Below are positions 42,469-50,843 of a stretch of DNA of 64,000 bases, one piece after another; position 1 is the first letter of the stretch; each line of letters opens with the position of its first letter. Origin of the DNA: Flavobacteriaceae bacterium UBA2540 (GTDB lineage: Bacteria; Bacteroidota; Bacteroidia; Flavobacteriales; Flavobacteriaceae); the NCBI GenBank assembly GCA_002340765.1, contig DDMS01000025.1:1692-65691 (forward strand), read 5' to 3'. The notes under the pieces were generated by a model. It was not told the DNA's origin. It ran no database searches and worked only from the letters and a program-made list of their open reading frames with translations. The translations under genes were made by a program, and so were the position numbers.

Positions 42469-43326
42469 ATGATTTCAAAAGGTCAATTTGATAAAGAAAT
42501 AGCCTTGATTATCGAAAATGCCATCAGAGAAGATGTTGGTGATGGTGATCACAGTTCACTTTCTTGCATTCCAAAAGAAGCCACAGGCAAAGCAAAATTG
42601 CTGGTGAAAGATTCAGGAATCATTGCAGGTGTTGCCTTTGCAAAACAAGTTTTCGAATATGTAGATGCCAATTTAATAGTAGAAACGTTTATCAATGATG
42701 GTCAAAAAGTAGCTTTTGGGGATAATGTTTTTCATGTATATGGAAGTTCACAATCCATCTTAAAATCAGAACGTTTGGTGCTCAATGCCATGCAAAGAAT
42801 GAGTGCAATTGCTACCAAAACAGCTCAGTTTGTAGATTTATTAAAAGGTACAAATACTAAAATTTTAGACACTAGAAAAACGACTCCAGGCATTCGTGCA
42901 CTCGAAAAATGGGCTGTAACAATTGGAGGAGGAGAAAACCACAGATTTGCCTTATATGACATGATCATGCTAAAAGACAATCATATTGATTTTTCAGGTG
43001 GAATTTCGGCAGCGATTAACAAAACAAAGGCATATTTAAAAGTAAACAATCTCGATTTAAAAATCATTGTAGAAGCTAGAAATCTGGAAGAAATTCAAGA
43101 AATTCTAACTCACGAAGGCATTTGTAGAATTCTTATAGATAATTTTAGTTTCGAAGATACCAGAAAAGCAGTGGATTTGATTGGCAATAAATGTTTGACA
43201 GAATCCTCAGGAGGCATCAACGAAAACACCATAAGAACATATGCAGATTGCGGTGTGGATTATATTTCATCTGGCGCTTTAACCCATTCTGTGTATAATA
43301 TTGATTTGAGTTTGAAAGCTTTTTAG
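42469..43326 (+). CDS. nadC: nicotinate-nucleotide diphosphorylase (carboxylating)
   Basis: DTRKTTPG, NHRFAL, KDNH, SGALTHS motifs. Confidence 0.96.
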   Translation: MISKGQFDKEIALIIENAIREDVGDGDHSSLSCIPKEATGKAKLLVKDSGIIAGVAFAKQVFEYVDANLIVETFINDGQKVAFGDNVFHVYGSSQSILKSERLVLNAMQRMSAIATKTAQFVDLLKGTNTKILDTRKTTPGIRALEKWAVTIGGGENHRFALYDMIMLKDNHIDFSGGISAAINKTKAYLKVNNLDLKIIVEARNLEEIQEILTHEGICRILIDNFSFEDTRKAVDLIGNKCLTESSGGINENTIRTYADCGVDYISSGALTHSVYNIDLSLKAF

Positions 43327-43356
43327 AGTGGCAAAGTGGCAAAGTAGTAAAGTGTG
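43325..43356 (+). repeat. 8-mer tandem array (AAAGTGGC-like x4) upstream of four-helix-bundle pseudogene
   Basis: AGAGTGGC AAAGTGGC AAAGTAGT AAAGTGTG; reverse-complement units GCAACTTT GCCAATTT at 43823-43838. Confidence 0.75.
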
Positions 43357-43384
43357 TAAGAATTGAAATAGAATAAAATTTGCT

Positions 43385-43751
43385 ATGAAAAACATTTAAA
43401 TAATTATTAGTTTAGCAAAAATCAATGCTTTTGGTTACTGAAATTTATAAGGTTATAAAGGAATATCCAAAAGAATAATTATTTGGTTTAAGTTCTCAAA
43501 TGAGCAGGAGTGCAGTTTCAATACTCATTAATATTGCTGAGGGTTTTAGATGAAATGGCTTAAACGATTTTATTCGATTTTTAAATATTTCAATATTATC
43601 ACTTTTTAAAATATAAACTCAAAAAGAGGTATCCTATAATTTAAATTTTATTGATAAAGTTGAATTTGAAGATTTATTTACATCAACAAAAAAATTTGAA
43701 CAAATTTTGTCAAGCTTGATAAGGAGTCTAAAAGTAAAAAAAGATGACTAA
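43385..43751 (+). pseudogene. four-helix-bundle protein (TIGR02436 / 23S-IVS protein family) pseudogene
   Basis: After a start-proximal frameshift: TFK*LLV*QKSMLLVTEIYKVIKEYPKE*LFGLSSQMSRSAVSILINIAEGFR*NGLNDFIRFLNIS...; family motif LxVWQKS...FP.EE.FGL.SQ.RRSAVSIP.NIAEG; five stops. Confidence 0.88.
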
Positions 43752-43860
43752 ATTTCAATCAAACAATTATAAAGAATTAGAGATGAAATATAAATTAAAT
43801 AAAAGTTGCTAATAATTTCTTTGCAACTTTGCCAATTTGTGAAAATATAACTTAAAAAAA

Positions 43861-44808
43861 ATGTCAAAAGAAGTAGAAGAACAACTCTTAAAAATACCAA
43901 TTCTCAACTGGATTGTGAAGTTTGGGAAAAAAATAAAGATTCCAAGATTGGAAGGTATGTCTTTATATGATGTTCTTGAATTGTATGTGATTGGCATCAT
44001 CAAAGGTGCACTTACGTCAAGAGCAGGAGGTATTGCGTTTAGTTTTTTTATGGCGATTTTTCCTTTTTTCCTGTTCATTTTAACGCTTATTTCCTACATT
44101 CCTATTGATGGTTTTCAAGGGGAATTATTTACTTTTATTAGAGGTGTATTACCCCCAAAAACCTTTGAAGCAGTTCAAGTTGTTTTGGGCGATATTATTA
44201 ATAATCAGTATGGAGGATTATTGTCTTTCGGATTTATTTTGTCTATTTTTTTAATGACAAATGGCGTCAATGCTATTTTTGGTGGATTTGAATATTCCTA
44301 TCATATTAAAGAGTTTAGAAACGTTTTTAGAACGTATTTTGTGTCTTTAGGTGTTTCTTTGTTGATGTCATTTTTTTTGATAATAACCATCACATTAACC
44401 ATTTTATATCAAGTGGCACTTATAAAAATTAATTATAAAGGTTGGCTAAATACAGATGATTTAAACCTATTTTATTATGGTAAAAACATGTTGTTTTTAT
44501 TCATGATTTATACACTAGTTGCGCTTTTATTTCGCTATGGAACCAAGCAAGGAAAAGAGACTAAATTCTTTTCAGCAGGTGCTATTTTGACAACTGTTCT
44601 TTCGTTATTTTCCTTTTATTTATTTGGAATTTATGTACTGACATTTGCGCAATACAATCAATTGTATGGCTCAATAGGAACGCTTTTAATATTGATGTTG
44701 TTCATTTGGTTAAACGCCATTATTCTCTTGTTAGGGTTTGAATTGAATGCTTCTTTGTATTCACTGAAATGGCAAAATAAAACCAAAAAACGACTTGAGA
44801 ATATTTAG
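43861..44808 (+). CDS. YihY/virulence factor BrkB family membrane protein
   Basis: AFSFFMAIFP, YNQLYGSIG, LLGFELNA motifs. Confidence 0.92.
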   Translation: MSKEVEEQLLKIPILNWIVKFGKKIKIPRLEGMSLYDVLELYVIGIIKGALTSRAGGIAFSFFMAIFPFFLFILTLISYIPIDGFQGELFTFIRGVLPPKTFEAVQVVLGDIINNQYGGLLSFGFILSIFLMTNGVNAIFGGFEYSYHIKEFRNVFRTYFVSLGVSLLMSFFLIITITLTILYQVALIKINYKGWLNTDDLNLFYYGKNMLFLFMIYTLVALLFRYGTKQGKETKFFSAGAILTTVLSLFSFYLFGIYVLTFAQYNQLYGSIGTLLILMLFIWLNAIILLLGFELNASLYSLKWQNKTKKRLENI

Positions 44809-44981
44809 GTTTTAACGATATTTGCAGAGTTAATGTATCGATGAATTAATGTACCAATTTATCAATAATTTAAATTGAAACTCAGCTAATTTGATATTTT
44901 TGAAATGAATAAAAGCACGATTTTTAAAGTAAACAATTAATTTAAAACAGAAATTTGAAAGTGTTTAGTTTAGCGTATTTA

Positions 44982-45014
44982 ACTAAAGACTAAAAACTAA
45001 AGACTAAAAACTGA
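44982..45014 (+). repeat. 7-mer tandem array (ACTAAAG/ACTAAAA) directly upstream of hisS
   Basis: ACTAAAG ACTAAAA ACTAAAG ACTAAAA ACTGA, ending 3 bp before the ATG. Confidence 0.8.
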
Positions 45015-45017
45015 TTC

Positions 45018-46385
45018 ATGAAACCAAGCATTCCAAAAGGAACAAGAGATTTTTCACCAACAGAAGTTGCTAAAAGAACGTATATTATCAATACCATTAA
45101 AACTGCTTTTGAAAACTTCGGATTTCAGCCAATTGAAACGCCAAGTTTTGAAAATTCAGAAACCTTGATGGGCAAATATGGGGAAGAAGGTGATCGATTG
45201 ATTTTTAAGATTTTGAATTCTGGAGATTTTTTAGATAAAGCAACTGAGCAATTTTTGTCAGATAAAAACAGTCTAAAACTCACTCCACAAATTTCTGAAA
45301 AAGCATTGCGTTATGACTTGACAGTGCCTTTTGCAAGATATGTAGTGCAACATCAAAATGATATTACGTTTCCTTTCAAACGCTATCAAATTCAGCCAGT
45401 TTGGCGTGCAGATCGTCCTCAAAAAGGACGTTTTAGAGAGTTTTATCAGTGTGATGCTGATGTGGTTGGAAGCAATTCTTTGTGGCAAGAAATTGATTTT
45501 ATCAAATTGTATGACACCATTTTTTTAAATTTAGGTTTAAAAGGAACTACCATTAAAATTAATAATCGCAAAATCCTTTCTGGAATCGCGGAAGTGATTG
45601 GTGCATCAGACAAACAGATTGATTTTACAGTCGCTTTAGACAAACTCTATAAAATTGGCAAAGAAGGTGTTGAAAAAGAAATGATTTCTAAAGGAATTTC
45701 GCAAGAGGCCATCGAAAAAGTGCAACCTTTGTTTGAATTTTCTGGTGATAATATGGATAAAATATCATCCTTAGAAAACCTTTTAATCACCTCAGAACAA
45801 GGTAAAAAAGGTTTAGAAGAACTGCGATTTGTCATTAATGCCATCAATGAATTGGGTTTGCAAGCTACTGATTTAGAATTAGATATTACTTTAGCCCGAG
45901 GTTTAAACTATTATACAGGTGCTATTTTTGAGGTTGCTGCTCCTAAATCCGTAAGCATGGGTTCAATTGGTGGTGGAGGAAGATATGATGATTTGACAGG
46001 GATTTTCGGATTAAAAGATGTTTCTGGAGTTGGGATTTCCTTTGGATTGGATCGAATTTATTTGGTTTTAGAAGAACTGAATTTATTTAAAAAAGTAGCT
46101 TTGCCAAAACCAAAAGTATTGTTTTTAAATTTTGGCAATCAAGAAGCCTTCTATTGCATGAAAGCCATTACTGTATTGAGAAAAAAAGGAGTTAAATCAG
46201 AATTATACCCAGAGGCTGCAAAACTAAAAAAACAACTGAATTATGCTGACAAACGCGAAATTCCTTTTGTGGTCATTATAGGTTCTCAAGAAGTAGCACA
46301 ACAAGTTTTTACATTAAAAAATATGATTTCTGGCGAACAGACTATTTGTTCTTTATCTGAATTATTTGATTTAGTAAATAAATAA
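45018..46385 (+). CDS. hisS: histidine--tRNA ligase
   Basis: [48 protein letters not shown] motifs. Confidence 0.98.
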   Translation: MKPSIPKGTRDFSPTEVAKRTYIINTIKTAFENFGFQPIETPSFENSETLMGKYGEEGDRLIFKILNSGDFLDKATEQFLSDKNSLKLTPQISEKALRYDLTVPFARYVVQHQNDITFPFKRYQIQPVWRADRPQKGRFREFYQCDADVVGSNSLWQEIDFIKLYDTIFLNLGLKGTTIKINNRKILSGIAEVIGASDKQIDFTVALDKLYKIGKEGVEKEMISKGISQEAIEKVQPLFEFSGDNMDKISSLENLLITSEQGKKGLEELRFVINAINELGLQATDLELDITLARGLNYYTGAIFEVAAPKSVSMGSIGGGGRYDDLTGIFGLKDVSGVGISFGLDRIYLVLEELNLFKKVALPKPKVLFLNFGNQEAFYCMKAITVLRKKGVKSELYPEAAKLKKQLNYADKREIPFVVIIGSQEVAQQVFTLKNMISGEQTICSLSELFDLVNK

Positions 46386-46420
46386 AGTCTTAAATTTGCA
46401 TTTCTAAATTAGATAATGAA

Positions 46421-47110
46421 ATGTTTGAATTGCGAACTAACATGAACGATGAAACCATCAACGAAATAGGGGAAAATCACATTGGAACTTCAGCTCAAAA
46501 TCCAATTAGAGCTGATGCTTTTGATCTCTCTGACCAAGAAAAAATAGATAAAATCCAAGAAAGTGTGAAAGATATTTTATACACTTTGGGAATGGATTTG
46601 ACAGACGATAGTCTTCAAGGAACTCCAAGAAGAGTGGCAAAAGCGTTTGTAAATGAGCTTTTTATGGGATTGAATCCTAAAAATAAACCAAAACCATCCA
46701 CATTTGAAAATAACTATAATTATGGTGAAATGTTGGTAGAAAAAAATATTGTCGTGTATTCTACTTGCGAACATCATTTATTGCCTATTATTGGACGTGC
46801 ACATGTGGCATATATTTCTAATGGAAGAGTCATTGGTTTGTCAAAAATGAACAGAATTGTGGAGTATTTTTCCAAAAGACCTCAAGTGCAAGAGCGTTTA
46901 ACGATGCAAGTGGTACAAGCCATGCAAGAAGTATTAGATACTCAAGATGTAGCTTGTGTGATTGATGCAAAGCATTTGTGTGTAAATTCTCGAGGAATAA
47001 AAGACATTGAAAGTAGCACTGTAACTGCTGAATTTGGAGGAAAATTCAAAGAAGCTGCCACCAAAAGTGAGTTTTTAGATTATCTAAAATTAGAAACGAA
47101 GTTTGAGTAA
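46421..47110 (+). CDS. folE: GTP cyclohydrolase I
   Basis: TPRRVA, CEHHLLP, GLSK, QVQERLT, HLCVNSRG motifs. Confidence 0.97.
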   Translation: MFELRTNMNDETINEIGENHIGTSAQNPIRADAFDLSDQEKIDKIQESVKDILYTLGMDLTDDSLQGTPRRVAKAFVNELFMGLNPKNKPKPSTFENNYNYGEMLVEKNIVVYSTCEHHLLPIIGRAHVAYISNGRVIGLSKMNRIVEYFSKRPQVQERLTMQVVQAMQEVLDTQDVACVIDAKHLCVNSRGIKDIESSTVTAEFGGKFKEAATKSEFLDYLKLETKFE

Positions 47111-47125
47111 GTTGCAGGCAGAAGG

Positions 47126-47240
47126 ACTAAGACTAAGACTAAGAAAAAGACGAAGGCAAAAAGAGGAAAAGATAAAAGATAAAAGAAAAGAGAATAAAAA
47201 GTAACTTCTAATATCTAACCTCTAACCAAAACCAAAACCA
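47126..47240 (+). repeat. mixed 6/7-mer tandem arrays between folE and the CrtA-like gene
   Basis: (GACTAA)x3, (GATAAAA)x2, TAACTTC TAATATC TAACCTC TAACC, (AAAACC)x2. Confidence 0.7.
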
Positions 47241-47252
47241 CCAACCAACTCG

Positions 47253-47948
47253 ATGAGTCAAATAACCACCAGTACTTTTTTTAAAGTAGCAACATTTTCT
47301 AATAAATTTTGGGCGTTTACTCAAATGCAATTGGGTCATTTTGGAATGAAGCAGGTTACTGGACTGAAATTTTATAAGATTTTAGGTTCAGGAGCAGAGA
47401 ATGGTTTTAGTGCCATTCCGAATTTTGGCACTTATGTCCTTTTCTGTGTTTGGGAGTCAGAAGCATTTGCAACCACTTTTTTCGAAGAAAATACTTTTTT
47501 CAAAAACTACCAAAAACGAAGTAGTGAACATGTTACTGCTTATCTGAATTCCGCTGAAGCGCATGGTTTTTGGGATGGCGCACAACCTTTTCAAAAAACA
47601 GCCACTTTAGCCAAAGATAAACCTGTTGTGGTCTTGACAAGAGCACGCATTCGTTTCCGAAAATTGTGGTCTTTTTGGAGTAAAGTGGGCACTGTAAGTC
47701 AAAGTTTGGAGGGCTATGATGGATTGGTATTGTCTATTGGAGTAGGAGAATGGCCTTTGATTCAGCAAGCGACCATCAGTATTTGGAAAACCCAATCAGA
47801 AATGATGGACTATGCCTACAAAAATCCAAAGCACAAAGAAGTAGTCTTATTGACCCGAAAACTTAACTGGTATCAGGAAGAACTATTCGCACGATTTGTT
47901 CCCTATAAATTCCTCGGAACTTGGGGCGGAAAGCCTGTTGAGGTTTAA
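47253..47948 (+). CDS. CrtA-like (spheroidene monooxygenase family / DUF3291) protein
   Basis: FYKILGSG...GF, GxWDG..PF, VLTRARIR, GVGEWPL.QQATISIW, H...WYQEELFARF motifs typical of CrtA. Confidence 0.75.
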   Translation: MSQITTSTFFKVATFSNKFWAFTQMQLGHFGMKQVTGLKFYKILGSGAENGFSAIPNFGTYVLFCVWESEAFATTFFEENTFFKNYQKRSSEHVTAYLNSAEAHGFWDGAQPFQKTATLAKDKPVVVLTRARIRFRKLWSFWSKVGTVSQSLEGYDGLVLSIGVGEWPLIQQATISIWKTQSEMMDYAYKNPKHKEVVLLTRKLNWYQEELFARFVPYKFLGTWGGKPVEV

Positions 47949-48233
47949 AATACAAAGTTTCGAATTCAAAAGTTACAATTGGTTTTACTATTTTAGTTGT
48001 AAAAGATTTTTTTTATATATGCTAGGGTAAGATTTATAAATGCTAAAGCAAGATTTCTAAATTTCGATAGCTTATAATTAGAAAACTAACACCATTAGGA
48101 ATCTTATTTATATTAACCCGTTGGGTGCAATCTCTCATATACCACAGAAACTTAAGTATGAAGGCTAACGTAAAATTCGTAACTTTTTGCTTATTAATTT
48201 TAGCTCTTTGTAAGACCGTTTTTCAAAGTGTTG

Positions 48234-48431
48234 CTAACTAAGTAAGTACGAGCGCAATCCTGGTTGAAATGTTTCTGATAATTTGGAAACCATGTCTTTT
48301 ACTGGATGTCTTTCATTTTTTTCAATTTTGCTCAATGTTGATTGATCAATGTCAAGAAATGCGACAAGTTTCCTTAAAGGCATTTCATGCTCTTCTCTTA
48401 AAACCCTTATGTATTCTCCAAACGTTTCCAT
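48234..48431 (-). pseudogene. XRE-family HTH regulator, 3'-truncated
   Basis: METFGEYIRVLREEHEMPLRKLVAFLDIDQSTLSKIEKNERHP; the last residues PGLRSYLLS read into a repeat/attC-like half-site. Confidence 0.7.
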
Positions 48432-48452
48432 ATCTCTTTAGAAAATTATTTC

Positions 48453-48468
48453 TTGACAAATTTGTCAA
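48453..48468. promoter_or_regulatory. perfect 16-bp palindrome, putative XRE operator
   Basis: TTGACAAATTTGTCAA, about 20 bp upstream of the XRE ATG. Confidence 0.6.
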
Positions 48469-48617
48469 ACAATTCTGGGGTATCAAAATTTAAAACTCTT
48501 TATTTATTAATAATATTTTGTGGGCGGGAAGAACAGGCTCTTTTGTTTTTTTAACGTTAGCATTGCGTGTCGGCAAAAACCAAATGTGCCATTTTCGCGG
48601 TGGGCTTTTGGTATGTT

Positions 48618-48757
48618 GCACAAAGGAAAAATGTTTGCGAAGGCGGGGATTGATAGCACATTCCTTGCCCTACGCACAAAGTTTATAGAAAGTATAAAAG
48701 TTTAAATTACGCACATTAGCTCGCCTTTTCGTAAACATAATGTTAGCGGTAGTATTT
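48618..48757 (-). mobile_element. attC-like recombination site downstream of the SCO gene
   Basis: Minus strand: CCGCTAAC (R''-like) about 10 bp after the stop; arms ATGTTTACGAAAAGGCGAG / CCCCGCCTTCGCAAACAT pair with a 2-nt bulge; distal core degenerate (CCTTTGTGC for CCGTTGTGC). Confidence 0.6.
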
Positions 48758-48759
48758 TC

Positions 48760-49407
48760 TCATTGTTCAGTTTTTAAGATTTTAATATCCTCAATTAACT
48801 GCTGCATCTCCAAAGTTAGTGTTCCGTTATAGATACCACGAATGCGTTTGGTCTTGTCCACCAAAACAAAATGCTCTGTGTGTAAAAATTCGGTACTATC
48901 TTTACTAAATCCTATATCTTCTTCGGCAAAATAAGATTGTCTTGCTAATTTGTAGATGTCTGCTTTGTTTCCTGTTAAGAAATACCAACTCTGATTTTCA
49001 ATTTCGTTTTGTTTTTTGTATCTTTTTAGAATGTGCGGTTTGTCTATCCAAGGTGTTACAGAGTAAGATAAAAAAACAATGCTTTTGTCTGTTGTTAAGT
49101 TGTCGGTTACAATTTTTAAATTCTTTGTCATTGTTGGACAAATACTACCGCAAGAAGTGAAAATAAAATTAGCGATATGAATTTTACCTTCAACTGTTTT
49201 CTGATTGATTAAAACGCTGTCTTGATTTAAAAGTGAAAAATTATCAATTTTATGAGTAATTTTTCTATTCACCTCAGACTTTTTGGTTACAAAAATCGGT
49301 GTAAATGTGGGTTCATTGTAATAGGGTAAAGCAATTTTTTCTTTCCCGCTTTGGTTACAACATACTAATAAAAAACTACTTAACAACAAATATGCTATCC
49401 GATACAT
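48760..49407 (-). CDS. SCO1/SenC family copper chaperone (lipoprotein)
   Basis: FIFTSCGSICP (CxxxC), SVTPWID, FLTG, FLHTEHFVLVD...IRGIYNG; signal peptide ending LLVCC. Confidence 0.93.
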   Translation of the reverse strand: MYRIAYLLLSSFLLVCCNQSGKEKIALPYYNEPTFTPIFVTKKSEVNRKITHKIDNFSLLNQDSVLINQKTVEGKIHIANFIFTSCGSICPTMTKNLKIVTDNLTTDKSIVFLSYSVTPWIDKPHILKRYKKQNEIENQSWYFLTGNKADIYKLARQSYFAEEDIGFSKDSTEFLHTEHFVLVDKTKRIRGIYNGTLTLEMQQLIEDIKILKTEQ

Positions 49408-49972
49408 TTCTACAATTTTTAGTTCCTAACAATCCATATCTTTTTCCGTCAATTATTACATAATTGGTTCTAATTTTACCATTGTCATACCACATTTTTT
49501 GTGTTCCGTTTTCTTGTCCATTTTTAAAGTTGGCTAAATGAATTAATTTGCCTTCAATATTCCATTCTTTCATTTCTCCCTCGTAGGCATCATCTTTGGC
49601 TATAAACTCAAATTTTTTGTTGCCATTTTCCCAGTATGCTATCTGTTTTCCATTCTTTCTTCCATTGAGATAATTTCGTTGTTCCATTATTTTTTTTGTG
49701 GCATACCATTTTTTAGAAACGCCATTTTGTAAGCCACCAGAATAGGCTTCCAACAAAATGGTGTCTCTATTCACAGGATTTAATTCATACAAGTAGCCTG
49801 AATATTTGTTATGATTTAACAAAATTGTATCACTTTTAAATGAAATATTTGAGGAAGATTTTAGCACATAAACTTTGGGAATGCTTTGGTTTGGTAATAA
49901 AACTTCTTTTGTTTTGCTATCTGAACAAGAACAAAGCAAAAGAAGTAAATTAACATAAATAATCGTCTTCAT
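49376..49972 (-). CDS. MORN-variant repeat lipoprotein (YwqK-antitoxin-like annotation family)
   Basis: Lipobox LCSC; repeats GxxNG..xxWY/YW ENG (NGVSKKWY, NGKQIAYWENG, EGEMKEWN, NGTQKMWYDNG). Confidence 0.8.
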   Translation of the reverse strand: MKTIIYVNLLLLLCSCSDSKTKEVLLPNQSIPKVYVLKSSSNISFKSDTILLNHNKYSGYLYELNPVNRDTILLEAYSGGLQNGVSKKWYATKKIMEQRNYLNGRKNGKQIAYWENGNKKFEFIAKDDAYEGEMKEWNIEGKLIHLANFKNGQENGTQKMWYDNGKIRTNYVIIDGKRYGLLGTKNCRNVSDSIFVVK

Positions 49973-50736
49973 TATCGGGTAACTGTTCCAGGTGTTCCGT
50001 AGTAGCCGTTTCCGTTCAGATAAGGTGCATCTGCTGTAAAATGATAATGATAAATTCCATTAGGAAAATCTAACGTGGCGTGTGTGTGTCCATGATAAAT
50101 ATCTAAATCACTGCTGATTACAGTAGTTCCGTTTTCCTCGTGCGGACCATATACAGGGAAGCCATCTAACAAAAAACCCATTAAACCCGACTTTGTAGAT
50201 TTGATGGTTGTTAAATACAAAGGTTCTACGTGATAATGATATTGGCTTGTTGCTGTTGGGTGTCCGTTATATTTATCAAAGCTCGCAATTTCCCTAGTCA
50301 ATACCTGATTATTTGGTCCCGCATATTGATTGTAAAGCGCAACGCCATTTAATGCAACGCCAATCGCTCCTAATGGCGTAGCTATGTGGTTAGAAGCAAC
50401 AACTGGATTTAAAGGAATCTTGAAAGTAAAATTTTGTGTTGCTATCCTATTAGGATTTTGTACAAATGTAAAACCCAGAGGTGTTGTCCCGCTGTATGCT
50501 TCATAGAGAGCGTTATTGACTGGATAGTACGGACTTTTATGGTCGGGTAATCCGTCAGTCTTTATGGTAATATATGTGCCGTCATTGGTAATGCTTGATG
50601 CACCATATATTTTTGCGTAAACTGCTGGAACAGTATTGTTTACTGTCGTGGGAGTCATTGTATCGTCATCTTTATTACAAGATGAAATAGTTGCAACTGC
50701 AATAATTGCAAGAAAGTAGCTTTGGATTTTATTCAT
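49972..50736 (-). CDS. YHYH domain lipoprotein
   Basis: Lipobox ISSC; GVALNGV, FDKYNGHP...QYHYH, DGFPVYGP, LDIYHGHTH...IYHYH (two GH...YHYH repeats). Confidence 0.9.
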   Translation of the reverse strand: MNKIQSYFLAIIAVATISSCNKDDDTMTPTTVNNTVPAVYAKIYGASSITNDGTYITIKTDGLPDHKSPYYPVNNALYEAYSGTTPLGFTFVQNPNRIATQNFTFKIPLNPVVASNHIATPLGAIGVALNGVALYNQYAGPNNQVLTREIASFDKYNGHPTATSQYHYHVEPLYLTTIKSTKSGLMGFLLDGFPVYGPHEENGTTVISSDLDIYHGHTHATLDFPNGIYHYHFTADAPYLNGNGYYGTPGTVTR

Positions 50737-50843
50737 ACTTTTATTTTTTTTTATTAAATTTAGCGTTGCACTGCTAAAACTATGAAAGGTTTAATTTGAT
50801 TGTTGCTTTTTTTGATGTGTAAGTCAAATATTACCGATAACGT

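Noticed and set aside
14987-43751. Possible stop-codon reassignment explaining in-frame stops
   Set aside because: TAA, TAG and TGA all occur in the relics together with frameshifts, and intact genes end normally with all three stop codons.
48520-48705. 61-aa plus-strand ORF
   Set aside because: It overlies the attC-like hairpin and repeat block and has no protein features.
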